DNA of 63,664 bases from an uncultured Roseivirgaceae bacterium (GTDB lineage Bacteria > Bacteroidota > Bacteroidia > Cytophagales > Cyclobacteriaceae): NCBI GenBank assembly GCA_964395765.1, contig CAYNCU010000001.1, positions 1-63,664 of the forward strand, in the 5' to 3' direction. Shown one piece after another: positions 18,686-27,573 of the stretch (positions are counted from its first letter, which is position 1; the number at the start of each line of letters is the position of its first letter). A program made the translations under genes and the position numbers. The notes below the pieces were generated by a model. That model worked only from the letters and a program-made list of their open reading frames with translations. It was not told where the DNA came from and did not search any database.

Positions 18686-18874
18686 TTAATGCTTAATTTC
18701 AATAAAACGAAATCATTGTCCAAGAATATTGAAAATTGGATGTTAAATGTTTATTTCAAAATAATACCTTAATTTTGACTACTTTGTCATGTTCCGGGCT
18801 GGATACCGTAACCCGGAATATCCGGCTAATATTTCCCGTAATACGTGCGGGGAAAAGTTGATGAATTGAATTTC

Positions 18875-18956
18875 CACAGGGGTGCCTAAAATAACAGGCT
18901 GAGATCAAACCCTTATAACCTGATTCCGGTAATGCGGACGAAGGGAGTTCGGTCAT
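18875..18956 (+). promoter_or_regulatory. TPP (THI-box) riboswitch, copy 2
   Basis: The 77-nt core 18878-18954 differs from copy 1 (17391-17468) by one T indel and one C/T substitution. It lies about 40 nt upstream of the TonB-dependent receptor start. Confidence 0.9.
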
Positions 18957-18994
18957 GGTTATTCGGTACCCTTTAAACTATGACTTAAAAAACC

Positions 18995-21319
18995 ATGAGA
19001 AAAATAATTTTATTTCCCGCAATCATGCTTTTATCTTTTTATTCACACGCCCAGGGCCTTATCACCGGTGTCGTGCGGGACGGTAAAACCCACGAAGTTC
19101 TGGCCGGTGCCACCTTATGGCTGGAAGAAAATCATACGGGTACGGCTGCTGATGATTCGGGAAGGTTCAGCCTTGCCCTCCCGGCAGGAATAAGCGGTAA
19201 AATCAGGGTGAGTTTCGTGGGTTATGAACCCTCCTATATTTCAGCCTTTCCCCGCAAGGACATAACCGTACTTTTAAATCCAGTGGCCGCGTTGAAAGAA
19301 GTGGTAGTTACCGCCATTCGTGCCAAGGATACGGACCCGGTTACACAGAAAACCATCAGGAAAAAAGAAATAGAGCAGCAATACATGGGCGAAGACGGGG
19401 AATTTCTGCTCGAAAAACTGAGCCCTTCGATTGTTACTTATTCCGAATCCGGAACTGCTTTCGGGAATTACGGGGATATGCGTTTGCGCGGTATTGATGG
19501 GTCAAGAATCAATATTACCCTGAACGGGACTCCCCTGAACGATATGATCGACGAAGGCGTTTTCTTTTCTAATTTCATTGATTTCGGTAACAGTATTCAG
19601 TCTGTACAGGTGCAGCGAGGCGTAGGAACAAGTACTAACGGGACATCATCCTATGCCGGTTCAATAAGTTTCGAATCACTGGACATGAGCGACAGTACTC
19701 CCTATACCGAATTACAATTTCTCGGCGGATCTTTCAACACCTATAAAGGAAGTGCCGAGCTTTATTCCGGAAAAGATAAACACGGCCTTTCTTTTTACAC
19801 ACGATTCAGCTCCTTTAAATCGGCAGGATATAAATACCACACCAGCACTAATTCCTATTCTTTTTTCATGTCCGGCGGCTACAGCCGGAATCATGACGAC
19901 GTGAAGCTGACCGGCTTCACGGGCCGGTCGAGGAACGGCCTCGGCTACCTGCCCGTTGCCGTTTCAGATATTAAGGCCGATCCACGGACTAATTATGTGA
20001 ATGAAAACGACATCGATAATTTCGGGCAGTCGCTTCTGCAGCTACAGGAGACTCATCATTTCGAACATAGCGCATTGGTATCTTCGTTTTATTTCGGAAG
20101 CGCAGGAGGCGATTACCCCGCCGGGGAATTTGTGACCGACAGTATTTACAGCACTGCCGTACCGGGAAATTATTACCTGTCCAACCGCCTGGAACAAATC
20201 AATTATCCCCTGTACAACAGGCATTATGGCTTTCTGTCGAATTATTCCTACACAAGCCCTTCAAATAATTTTGATTTTTCTTCCGGGATCCATTTATATA
20301 CCTTCCATCGCCACAACCTGGAAAGTGTATTGCCGGATAACGCCCACCCTTATTATAACGAACATTCACGAAAGGATGAAGCGAGCGTTTTTGCCAGGGC
20401 TGAATATCACCTGGCTAAATTTATTGCTTACGGCGACATTGAATGCCGTACCTTGTCGATGATTATTATTCCGGATCCCACCCTGTTGCCGGGCGAAGCC
20501 AACGTTGTTAAAAACTGGACCTTCGTAAATCCGAAGGTAGGGCTGACTTATGCTTTCGACCAGACAAAAAACATTTACCTGTTTTTTGGAAGGAGTTACC
20601 GTGAACCCACAAAAATAGATATCCTGGGCGGCTATGAGTTATATCCTTCCAACCTGCCAAGCGCCCGGTCCAACGACGTTAAACCTGAAGAAGTTAACGA
20701 CCTGGAAAGCGGGTTCCGGATAGCCACCGGAGACTTTCATGCGAACATTAATATTTTCAATATGAATTTTCATAATGAGATAGCGCCCATCGGCAAACTC
20801 GACCCCGACAATTTTATCCAGTTACGGAAAAACATTGAAAGGAGTTATCGTCGCGGTATTGAACTTGACTGCGGAATACCTGTTTTCAATCATTTCAACC
20901 TTGAGGGCAACATTACCTACATGAAAAGCAGGATTAAAGTATATGCGCCCGAAGACGACCCGAATATCTATAAAAATGTTACGCAGGCCCTAAGCCCCGA
21001 TCTTGTGGGATCAGCTTCCTTCGGATACCATGATCGTAAATTCCTGACGGCCGCTCTGACCGGGAAATTCATGAGCAAATCTTACCTTGAACCGACCAAT
21101 AACCCGGACCTTATCATACCTTCTTTCTTTATTCTTTCCGCCAAAGTGAAACTGAAAATTATGAAAACGAATTCCGTCAGCCTGGTAGTCGATAATCTTT
21201 TCAATAAAATCTATTATACCAATGGCACTCCTGTAGAGAATGATTCCGGGGAAATGGTTCCCGGTTATTTAGTGGAACCGCCGAGGAATTTCTATGCCTT
21301 GGTAACCGTGCATTTTTAA
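18995..21319 (+). CDS. TonB-dependent receptor (CarboxypepD_reg N-terminal domain + plug + barrel), riboswitch-linked and so probably for thiamine or thiamine-precursor uptake
   Basis: 774 aa with signal peptide. GVVRD...L.GATL carboxypeptidase-regulatory-like start, a plug region, and a C-terminal barrel ending ...YALVTVHF. Confidence 0.8.
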   Translation: MRKIILFPAIMLLSFYSHAQGLITGVVRDGKTHEVLAGATLWLEENHTGTAADDSGRFSLALPAGISGKIRVSFVGYEPSYISAFPRKDITVLLNPVAALKEVVVTAIRAKDTDPVTQKTIRKKEIEQQYMGEDGEFLLEKLSPSIVTYSESGTAFGNYGDMRLRGIDGSRINITLNGTPLNDMIDEGVFFSNFIDFGNSIQSVQVQRGVGTSTNGTSSYAGSISFESLDMSDSTPYTELQFLGGSFNTYKGSAELYSGKDKHGLSFYTRFSSFKSAGYKYHTSTNSYSFFMSGGYSRNHDDVKLTGFTGRSRNGLGYLPVAVSDIKADPRTNYVNENDIDNFGQSLLQLQETHHFEHSALVSSFYFGSAGGDYPAGEFVTDSIYSTAVPGNYYLSNRLEQINYPLYNRHYGFLSNYSYTSPSNNFDFSSGIHLYTFHRHNLESVLPDNAHPYYNEHSRKDEASVFARAEYHLAKFIAYGDIECRTLSMIIIPDPTLLPGEANVVKNWTFVNPKVGLTYAFDQTKNIYLFFGRSYREPTKIDILGGYELYPSNLPSARSNDVKPEEVNDLESGFRIATGDFHANINIFNMNFHNEIAPIGKLDPDNFIQLRKNIERSYRRGIELDCGIPVFNHFNLEGNITYMKSRIKVYAPEDDPNIYKNVTQALSPDLVGSASFGYHDRKFLTAALTGKFMSKSYLEPTNNPDLIIPSFFILSAKVKLKIMKTNSVSLVVDNLFNKIYYTNGTPVENDSGEMVPGYLVEPPRNFYALVTVHF

Positions 21320-21391
21320 AGAAAATAGCTTTTATTGTGATGCCCCGGGGGTCCAAATGAATATTTGGATGTAAATTTAATGTTCGTTATT

Positions 21392-22060
21392 ATGATTCTA
21401 ACGGAGTTAAAGTACCTGATCGGGAAGGAGATCATCCTCGAATGGCGTAATCGCTACACCATCAACGGCATTTTGTTATACCTGGTCAGCACTATCTTCA
21501 TTTGCTATTTAAGTATCAGAACCCAGGAACAACTGCTGGATGTTAATCTCTGGAATGCCTTATTCTGGATTATTATCCTGTTTGCTGCGATTAATGCAGT
21601 GATGAAGAGCTTTATTTTGCTGAGCCCCGGCCGATTATTATATTATTATACACTGGCAAGCCCTGAAGCAATAATATTGTCAAAAACAATTTACAATTCT
21701 TTATTGCTTTCCGTAATAGGGCTGATCGGCGCATTTTTCTATGGAGTGATCCTTGGAAATCCCGTTAAAGACATCCTTTTATTTATTATAACGATCATCC
21801 TTGGCGGCTGGGGACTTGCTTCCATCCAGACACTGGTATCCGGCATTGCCTCAAAAGCATCCAACAGTACAACCCTTATGGCCATCCTTAGTTTTCCTAT
21901 CATGATCCCGATCCTGTTATTGATCATTAAACTTACCGGATATGCGATAGAGGGACAGGATTGGTTTGTTTTCAGGGATAAAATCATTGTATTGGCTTCA
22001 CTAAATATAATCGCCATAACGATGTCATACATATTGTTCCCATATTTGTGGAAAAATTAA
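21392..22060 (+). CDS. ccmB: Heme exporter permease CcmB
   Basis: Six-TM protein. The N-terminus MILTELKYLIGKEIILEWRNRY is CcmB-like. The ORF track begins at TTG 21365, inside a 7-bp hairpin (21352-21369), so I chose ATG 21392. ATG 21380 is also possible. Confidence 0.7.
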   Translation: MILTELKYLIGKEIILEWRNRYTINGILLYLVSTIFICYLSIRTQEQLLDVNLWNALFWIIILFAAINAVMKSFILLSPGRLLYYYTLASPEAIILSKTIYNSLLLSVIGLIGAFFYGVILGNPVKDILLFIITIILGGWGLASIQTLVSGIASKASNSTTLMAILSFPIMIPILLLIIKLTGYAIEGQDWFVFRDKIIVLASLNIIAITMSYILFPYLWKN

Positions 22061-22737
22061 TGAAGATGTTCAAATTAGCCTGGTGGAAAATACTTGCAGT
22101 CGTCCTGGCCTATTATATCATAATTTTCGGTTTTCTGCATAAAGTCCCGAGATTAGCGATCCTGCATGAGACCGTCAGGAACCTGTTTTTTCATACCTGC
22201 ATGTGGTTCACCATGATGATCCTTCTCACCACTTCCCTGATCCTATCCATCCGGTACTTAAGAAGCGGTAAAGTGCGACATGACATTATTGCTTCCGAAT
22301 TTGCAAATACGGGTATTGTTTTCGGCGTTTTGGGAACCTTAACTGGTAGCGTATGGGCCCGTTATACGTGGGGAGCCTGGTGGGTTAATGATCCGAAGCT
22401 GAATGGAGCCGTTATTTGTCTTTTGATATACTTTGCCTATGTGATCCTCAGGGGTTCAATTGAAGATTTTCAGCAGAAGGCAAGAATAAGCGCAATTTAT
22501 AATATTTTTGCGTGGGCTACCCTGATCCCTTTACTGTTCATACTTCCCCGTATGACCGATTCACTACATCCGGGGAACGGCGGTAATCCGGGATTCAGCT
22601 CCTATGATTTAGATAATAATTTAAGGCTTGTCTTTTATCCATCGATTATCGGCTGGACGCTGCTTGGGGTTTGGATCACGGAACTGAGGGTAAGGAGAAA
22701 GGAGCTGGAATATAAACTGGAATCGCAATCCGAATGA
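22060..22737 (+). CDS. ccmC: Heme exporter / heme-handling protein CcmC
   Basis: Trp-rich WWD motif WGAWWVNDPKLNG. ATG 22060 overlaps the ccmB stop (TAATG). The ORF track gives an upstream GTG at 22048. Confidence 0.8.
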   Translation: MKMFKLAWWKILAVVLAYYIIIFGFLHKVPRLAILHETVRNLFFHTCMWFTMMILLTTSLILSIRYLRSGKVRHDIIASEFANTGIVFGVLGTLTGSVWARYTWGAWWVNDPKLNGAVICLLIYFAYVILRGSIEDFQQKARISAIYNIFAWATLIPLLFILPRMTDSLHPGNGGNPGFSSYDLDNNLRLVFYPSIIGWTLLGVWITELRVRRKELEYKLESQSE

Positions 22738-22970
22738 TCATAAAAAAAATTATTGTATCGCTTTTCACGATCATGATGCCTGTATTACTAATGGCGCAAA
22801 CCGTTCAAAATGAAGTGGACATGGCCGATACCATGCGTTCCAACGGAAAAATTTATGTGGTTGTAACCGTGGTTACCATAATAATGACCGGATTGATCGT
22901 TTATTTAATTAGCCTGGATAGGAAAATTACAAAACTTGAAAAGAAAATTTCTCCGAAGGAAAAACCATGA
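22734..22970 (+). CDS. ccmD: CcmD-like small membrane protein
   Basis: 78 aa with a signal-like N-terminus and one TM helix followed by a charged tail (DRKITKLEKKI). Lies between ccmC and ccmE with 4-nt overlaps on both sides. Confidence 0.6.
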   Translation: MIIKKIIVSLFTIMMPVLLMAQTVQNEVDMADTMRSNGKIYVVVTVVTIIMTGLIVYLISLDRKITKLEKKISPKEKP

Positions 22971-23368
22971 AGATCACACATATCATAGGAATTGTTATCA
23001 TAGCGATAGCCGTAATGGTCATTATTTCGACAGCCGGTGATGCAAGTACTTATGTCACATTCGGCCAGGCAATGAAGATGGCACAGGACGGCAATAATAA
23101 AAAGATCCATGTTGTCGGAACACTTGAGAAAGACAGTACCGGTAATGTTATCGGCATTGAACCTAGCCCGGATCACTTATCGGTATCTTTCATGATGGTC
23201 GATAATGATAAAAGTGTTCAGCGGGTATTTTATAAGGATCCCATGCCTCCTGACTTATTGAAATCCGACCAGGTGGTGGTAGTTGGTTCTTATAAAAACG
23301 GATCATTTCTTGCTGATGAGATCCTTTTAAAGTGCCCGTCAAAGTACCAGGAAACAAAGCTGAACTAA
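22967..23368 (+). CDS. ccmE: Cytochrome c maturation heme chaperone CcmE, CxxxY variant
   Basis: 133 aa with an N-terminal TM anchor and OB-fold-like body. The C-terminal LLKCPSKYQE aligns with the E. coli LAKHDENY heme-binding motif, with Cys in place of His. Confidence 0.8.
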   Translation: MKITHIIGIVIIAIAVMVIISTAGDASTYVTFGQAMKMAQDGNNKKIHVVGTLEKDSTGNVIGIEPSPDHLSVSFMMVDNDKSVQRVFYKDPMPPDLLKSDQVVVVGSYKNGSFLADEILLKCPSKYQETKLN

Positions 23369-23523
23369 ATAACTCTTGATATAAGATGACCCCATTATAT
23401 TTTCCCGCAGATTACGCAGATCAAAGCAGAACGTACACGATCGTTTTATCTACGATCACTTCGAATTTCAGCGGGCAAGTCAATCTCTCCATTTTGAATA
23501 ATTTACACTAGGAACCGCGCGTC

Positions 23524-26034
23524 ATGCATTTATTAGTAGGGAAACTCGGGCATTTATTTGTTATTATTGCTTTTGTCAGCGCGCTGCTTGCTTCCGTATC
23601 CTACCTGGGAAGTTCTGTTTCAAAAAATGATGACCGTGTCAAAGGTTGGCGAAATAACGGACGGTTCTTTTTCTACCTGCATGCGCTGACCGTACTGGGA
23701 ATACTCACCACGCTCTTTATCATCATAGGGGGAAATTATTTTGAATATCACTATGCCTGGAGTCATTCATCGAAATACCTTCCCGTTTATTATAAGATCG
23801 CGGCATTTTGGGAAGGCCAGGAAGGAAGCTTTCTTCTCTGGGCTTTCTGGCATGTGGTGATCGGGCTTTTCCTGATCCGTTATTCCAGAACCTGGGAGGG
23901 ACCAGTGATGACCATTTTTACCCTGGTCCAGGCGTTTCTCATTTCCATGATCCTCGGTGTAATAATCTTCCAGCATAAAATCGGGAGCTCACCTTTTATG
24001 CTGATCAGAGATGTATTAAAAGATCCGATATTCAAGATCAACCCGAATTTCATTCCGGCAGATGGTTCCGGCCTGAACCCGTTATTGCAGAATTACTGGA
24101 TGGTAATCCATCCCCCTACCCTTTTCTGCGGTTTCGCACTTACCATTGTTCCATTTTCATACGCCATTGCCTCACTATGGAGAAGAAGATATACAGAATG
24201 GATTCAGGCTGTCATGCCCTGGACTTTGATTGCCACCGGTATTCTGGGCATTGGCATACTCATGGGTGCCTACTGGGCCTATGTGACGCTGAATTTCGGA
24301 GGGTACTGGAACTGGGATCCTGTTGAAAATGCCATTTTCGTGCCCTGGTTAATCCTTGTTGCCTCCCTGCATTCAATGATCATATACAAGAAAAAAGGAA
24401 CTTCCCTGAAACTTGCATACGGTCTCGTGATAAGCCTCTTCCTGCTAATTTTATACTCGACCTTTCTGACCCGCAGCGGTATCCTCGGGAATACTTCCGT
24501 ACATTCATTTACCGATCTCGGTTTATCGGGCCAGTTATTGGTATACCTCCTTGCCTTTGCGCTGATTTCACTGGTATTCCTCCGCCTCCGCTGGAGACAC
24601 ATTCCATCCGGCAAAAAGGAATTGAAAAGTAATTCAGGGGAATTCTGGATCGTACTAGGCGTCATCACCCTATGTCTTGCCGGATTCCAGGTAATCGTGC
24701 CTACCTCCATCCCTGTGTTCAACGAGGTCGCCCGGTTATTCGGAATTAAATCCAATATGGCCCCGCCCGCTTCACAGGTAGCATTTTATTCCAAATTCCA
24801 GATCTGGTTTGCCATGGCCGTTGCCATTTTATCCGGGACGGGACAAATCTTCTGGTGGAAACGGGTCAACCGCAGAAACCTGTTCGATGAAATTTCCATT
24901 CCTATCATAATTACTTTTATTGCCGCCACTGCAGTCATGATCGCTTTCCGGATCAGGAATGTTCCATACATGCTCCTTTTCACCGCTGGCATTTATTCCA
25001 TCACCGCCAATGGCAGGATACTCCTGAAAATGATGAATTCCAAATCTTCCTTTTCCGGCGGAACCCTGGCACATACGGGAATTGCATTAATGATCATCGG
25101 CATACTTACCTCCTCGGGATATTCACTGGTTATCTCCCTGAATAATACCGGGATATTGTACAACCGGAGTTTTCCGGATGAGATTAACAAGGAAAATTTA
25201 TTACTATTCCTCCATGAGCCCCAGCAGATGGGGGACTACCAACTTACCTATGAAGGCAAAAAGATCATGGCCAAGGGAGTGGATGGTTTTATCGATAAAA
25301 ATAAAATTATACCTACGGCTGATCCGCATTTCGTTACAGTGAGCGAAGATATTATGGACGGCGATAAGGTCAAGGTTAAAAAAGGAGACACCCTCGAGAT
25401 TAATCCTGAAAACACATATTATTCCGTTTTATATGAAAAGTCGAATGGGGATCATTTCCACCTTTACCCGCGGTTACAGGAAAACCCGAGTATGGGAAAT
25501 GTCGTGTCGCCTTCCATTAAGCACTCCCTGCTCGAAGATATTTATACCCATGTAACAGTGGTTCCCAAAGATGACCGGGACTGGTCCAAACCTTATAAGG
25601 AAGAAGTGAAGGTGGGCGATAACTTTTACATCAAAGACCAGGTAGCGGAGTTTACAAAAATGGAGCGACTTACGGAGGTAAATGGCGAACCACTAGGACC
25701 TCACGACGTGGCCGTAAAGGCTCATATAAAGATCAGTGGCACCGGTGTCGATTATGAAGTGGACCCGATTTATATGATCCGTGGAAATATGGCGGCCCAG
25801 ATCCCGGATGAAAATAAGGATTTCGGCGTGAAGATAGAGATCAGCCGGATAAACCCGGAAAGAAATTCATTTACATTCAGTATCAGCACAACGGAAAAAG
25901 ACTATATCATTCTGAAAGCGGTTGCCAAACCTTTGATCAATATTCTCTGGCTTGGCGCGTTTATATTGATGACCGGTGTCGGATTCGCCCTGGCCCGAAG
26001 GATCAGGGAATACAGGAAACATTCTGACATTTAG
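23524..26034 (+). CDS. ccmF: Cytochrome c-type biogenesis protein CcmF with an extended periplasmic C-terminal region
   Basis: 836 aa polytopic membrane protein with WWD motif GGYWNWDPVEN. About 250 aa of soluble sequence (approx. nt 25156-25921) precede the last TM helix. Confidence 0.85.
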   Translation: MHLLVGKLGHLFVIIAFVSALLASVSYLGSSVSKNDDRVKGWRNNGRFFFYLHALTVLGILTTLFIIIGGNYFEYHYAWSHSSKYLPVYYKIAAFWEGQEGSFLLWAFWHVVIGLFLIRYSRTWEGPVMTIFTLVQAFLISMILGVIIFQHKIGSSPFMLIRDVLKDPIFKINPNFIPADGSGLNPLLQNYWMVIHPPTLFCGFALTIVPFSYAIASLWRRRYTEWIQAVMPWTLIATGILGIGILMGAYWAYVTLNFGGYWNWDPVENAIFVPWLILVASLHSMIIYKKKGTSLKLAYGLVISLFLLILYSTFLTRSGILGNTSVHSFTDLGLSGQLLVYLLAFALISLVFLRLRWRHIPSGKKELKSNSGEFWIVLGVITLCLAGFQVIVPTSIPVFNEVARLFGIKSNMAPPASQVAFYSKFQIWFAMAVAILSGTGQIFWWKRVNRRNLFDEISIPIIITFIAATAVMIAFRIRNVPYMLLFTAGIYSITANGRILLKMMNSKSSFSGGTLAHTGIALMIIGILTSSGYSLVISLNNTGILYNRSFPDEINKENLLLFLHEPQQMGDYQLTYEGKKIMAKGVDGFIDKNKIIPTADPHFVTVSEDIMDGDKVKVKKGDTLEINPENTYYSVLYEKSNGDHFHLYPRLQENPSMGNVVSPSIKHSLLEDIYTHVTVVPKDDRDWSKPYKEEVKVGDNFYIKDQVAEFTKMERLTEVNGEPLGPHDVAVKAHIKISGTGVDYEVDPIYMIRGNMAAQIPDENKDFGVKIEISRINPERNSFTFSISTTEKDYIILKAVAKPLINILWLGAFILMTGVGFALARRIREYRKHSDI

Positions 26035-26109
26035 AAAAATTTATCACCGACCTGTCCGAATGGAGTTGATTTTCGAAAAACGATTTACGATATTCGGAAT
26101 TCGATTGAT

Positions 26110-27258
26110 TTGAAATTAATCTCTAAACCATTCCAGGCGGCATTCCAAAATTTCCCAAAGAATAACGAGGTGAAAAAAATTATCCATTACCTTTTGTATA
26201 TTCCCGGCATCTTCTGCCTGCTAGAATATTCATCCTGTAATAATAACTACGTAGCACCTAAACAGAATCCCGACGATCCTTCAAAACTCGACTGGCTGAT
26301 TCCCAAAAGCGCTATCATCAATCGCGGTATCAGCCAGGATTCCATACCCTCGCTAAGTTCTCCCGCTTTCGTAAGTCCCTTACAGATATCACTTAACGAT
26401 ACGGACCGGATTATCGGGGTTGACATTCTCGGTGAATTCAGGGTCTATCCTGAAAAAATCCTTGCCTACCATGAAGTGGTGAACGATGTGATCAAGAATA
26501 AAGATATTGCCGTCACCTATTGCCCCCTGACCGGAACTCCCATGGTCTTTGAAACCACCAACGTACAGGGAATTACACCCACCTTATCCGCTACTACTTA
26601 CATATACAATTCCAACCATATTCTTTATGACGATAATTCCAAAAGCTATTTTCAGCAGATGTATTCAAAATTCGTAGCGGGTACATTTTCCGGATATCCG
26701 CTTTCTAATTTCGCGGTGGTTGAAACCACCTGGGCAAGTTGGAAGACTATGTTCCCCAGCGCCAAGGTTTTAAGCCCGAATACCGGTTATAAATTCAATT
26801 ATAATGTGGACCCATACAGCGGTTATACTTCCACCGATTCGCTCGATTTTTTCACCAGCCCCCTGGATAACCGTTTACCTTTGAAAGAAAAAGTATTGGG
26901 ATTGATCGTAGGGGACCATGCCAAGGTTTACCGCCTCAGTTCCTTTGGAGATTCTGTTAAAGTAATCCAGGATAATTTCCAGGGACTTTCCGTAGTCCTG
27001 GCGGGGAGCAGGAAACGTGATTTCATTGTTTGCTATGAACGAAGGATCGCCAATGGTCCCGAACTGGATTTCTCAGTAAACACCGAGGCCAGCAATATTA
27101 TTATGGAAGATTCCGAAGGGACCAAATGGGATATTTTCGGCAACGGCGTAGATGGCCCGCGCAGAGGGCAGATTTTAACTCCAACCAATTCGATGATGGG
27201 CTACTGGTTTGCCTTTGGAGCTATGTTTCCTGATGCCCTGATTTATTCATCCCAATAA
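26110..27258 (+). CDS. DUF3179 domain-containing protein (exported or lipoprotein-like)
   Basis: 382 aa. IPSLSSPAFVS, VTYCPLTGT and MGYWFAFGAMFPD motifs are typical of DUF3179. TTG start in the track. A lipobox-like LLEYSSC lies near the N-terminus. Confidence 0.65.
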   Translation: MKLISKPFQAAFQNFPKNNEVKKIIHYLLYIPGIFCLLEYSSCNNNYVAPKQNPDDPSKLDWLIPKSAIINRGISQDSIPSLSSPAFVSPLQISLNDTDRIIGVDILGEFRVYPEKILAYHEVVNDVIKNKDIAVTYCPLTGTPMVFETTNVQGITPTLSATTYIYNSNHILYDDNSKSYFQQMYSKFVAGTFSGYPLSNFAVVETTWASWKTMFPSAKVLSPNTGYKFNYNVDPYSGYTSTDSLDFFTSPLDNRLPLKEKVLGLIVGDHAKVYRLSSFGDSVKVIQDNFQGLSVVLAGSRKRDFIVCYERRIANGPELDFSVNTEASNIIMEDSEGTKWDIFGNGVDGPRRGQILTPTNSMMGYWFAFGAMFPDALIYSSQ

Positions 27259-27412
27259 TCGGCCTATCTCGTTTAAAATTAATCGCAAGGGTGATATAAG
27301 TCATTTTTTCAACCCCCTGGTGAGGCGTAATTTTACCTGTGATTTTTAAGGTTATCTTAGAGAGGCCTCACTTGAAAAAGTGAATATTTTGTGGTTGTTA
27401 AGTTTGGTTTGG

Positions 27413-27446
27413 CAGCCGGATAATAAAATATCCGGCTGTTTTCTTT
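27413..27446 (+). terminator. Rho-independent terminator closing the ccm-DUF3179 transcription unit
   Basis: Perfect 10-bp stem CAGCCGGATA / TATCCGGCTG with a 6-nt loop, followed by TTTTCTTT. Confidence 0.85.
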
Positions 27447-27573
27447 AAGCCGAAAAATGATCTTTTCCCATTGACGAATCCCTCTAATAAATCCTACGGC
27501 TACAATGGATTAAATAAAAAAGATATTTTACTTTGCCAGGGAAGATCTGTTCTTTTCATAAAACAATAATAAA

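Noticed and set aside
18756-18956. 66-aa minus-strand ORF
   Set aside because: It is antisense to and fully overlapping the second TPP riboswitch aptamer, and its reading frame is a by-product of the structured RNA sequence.
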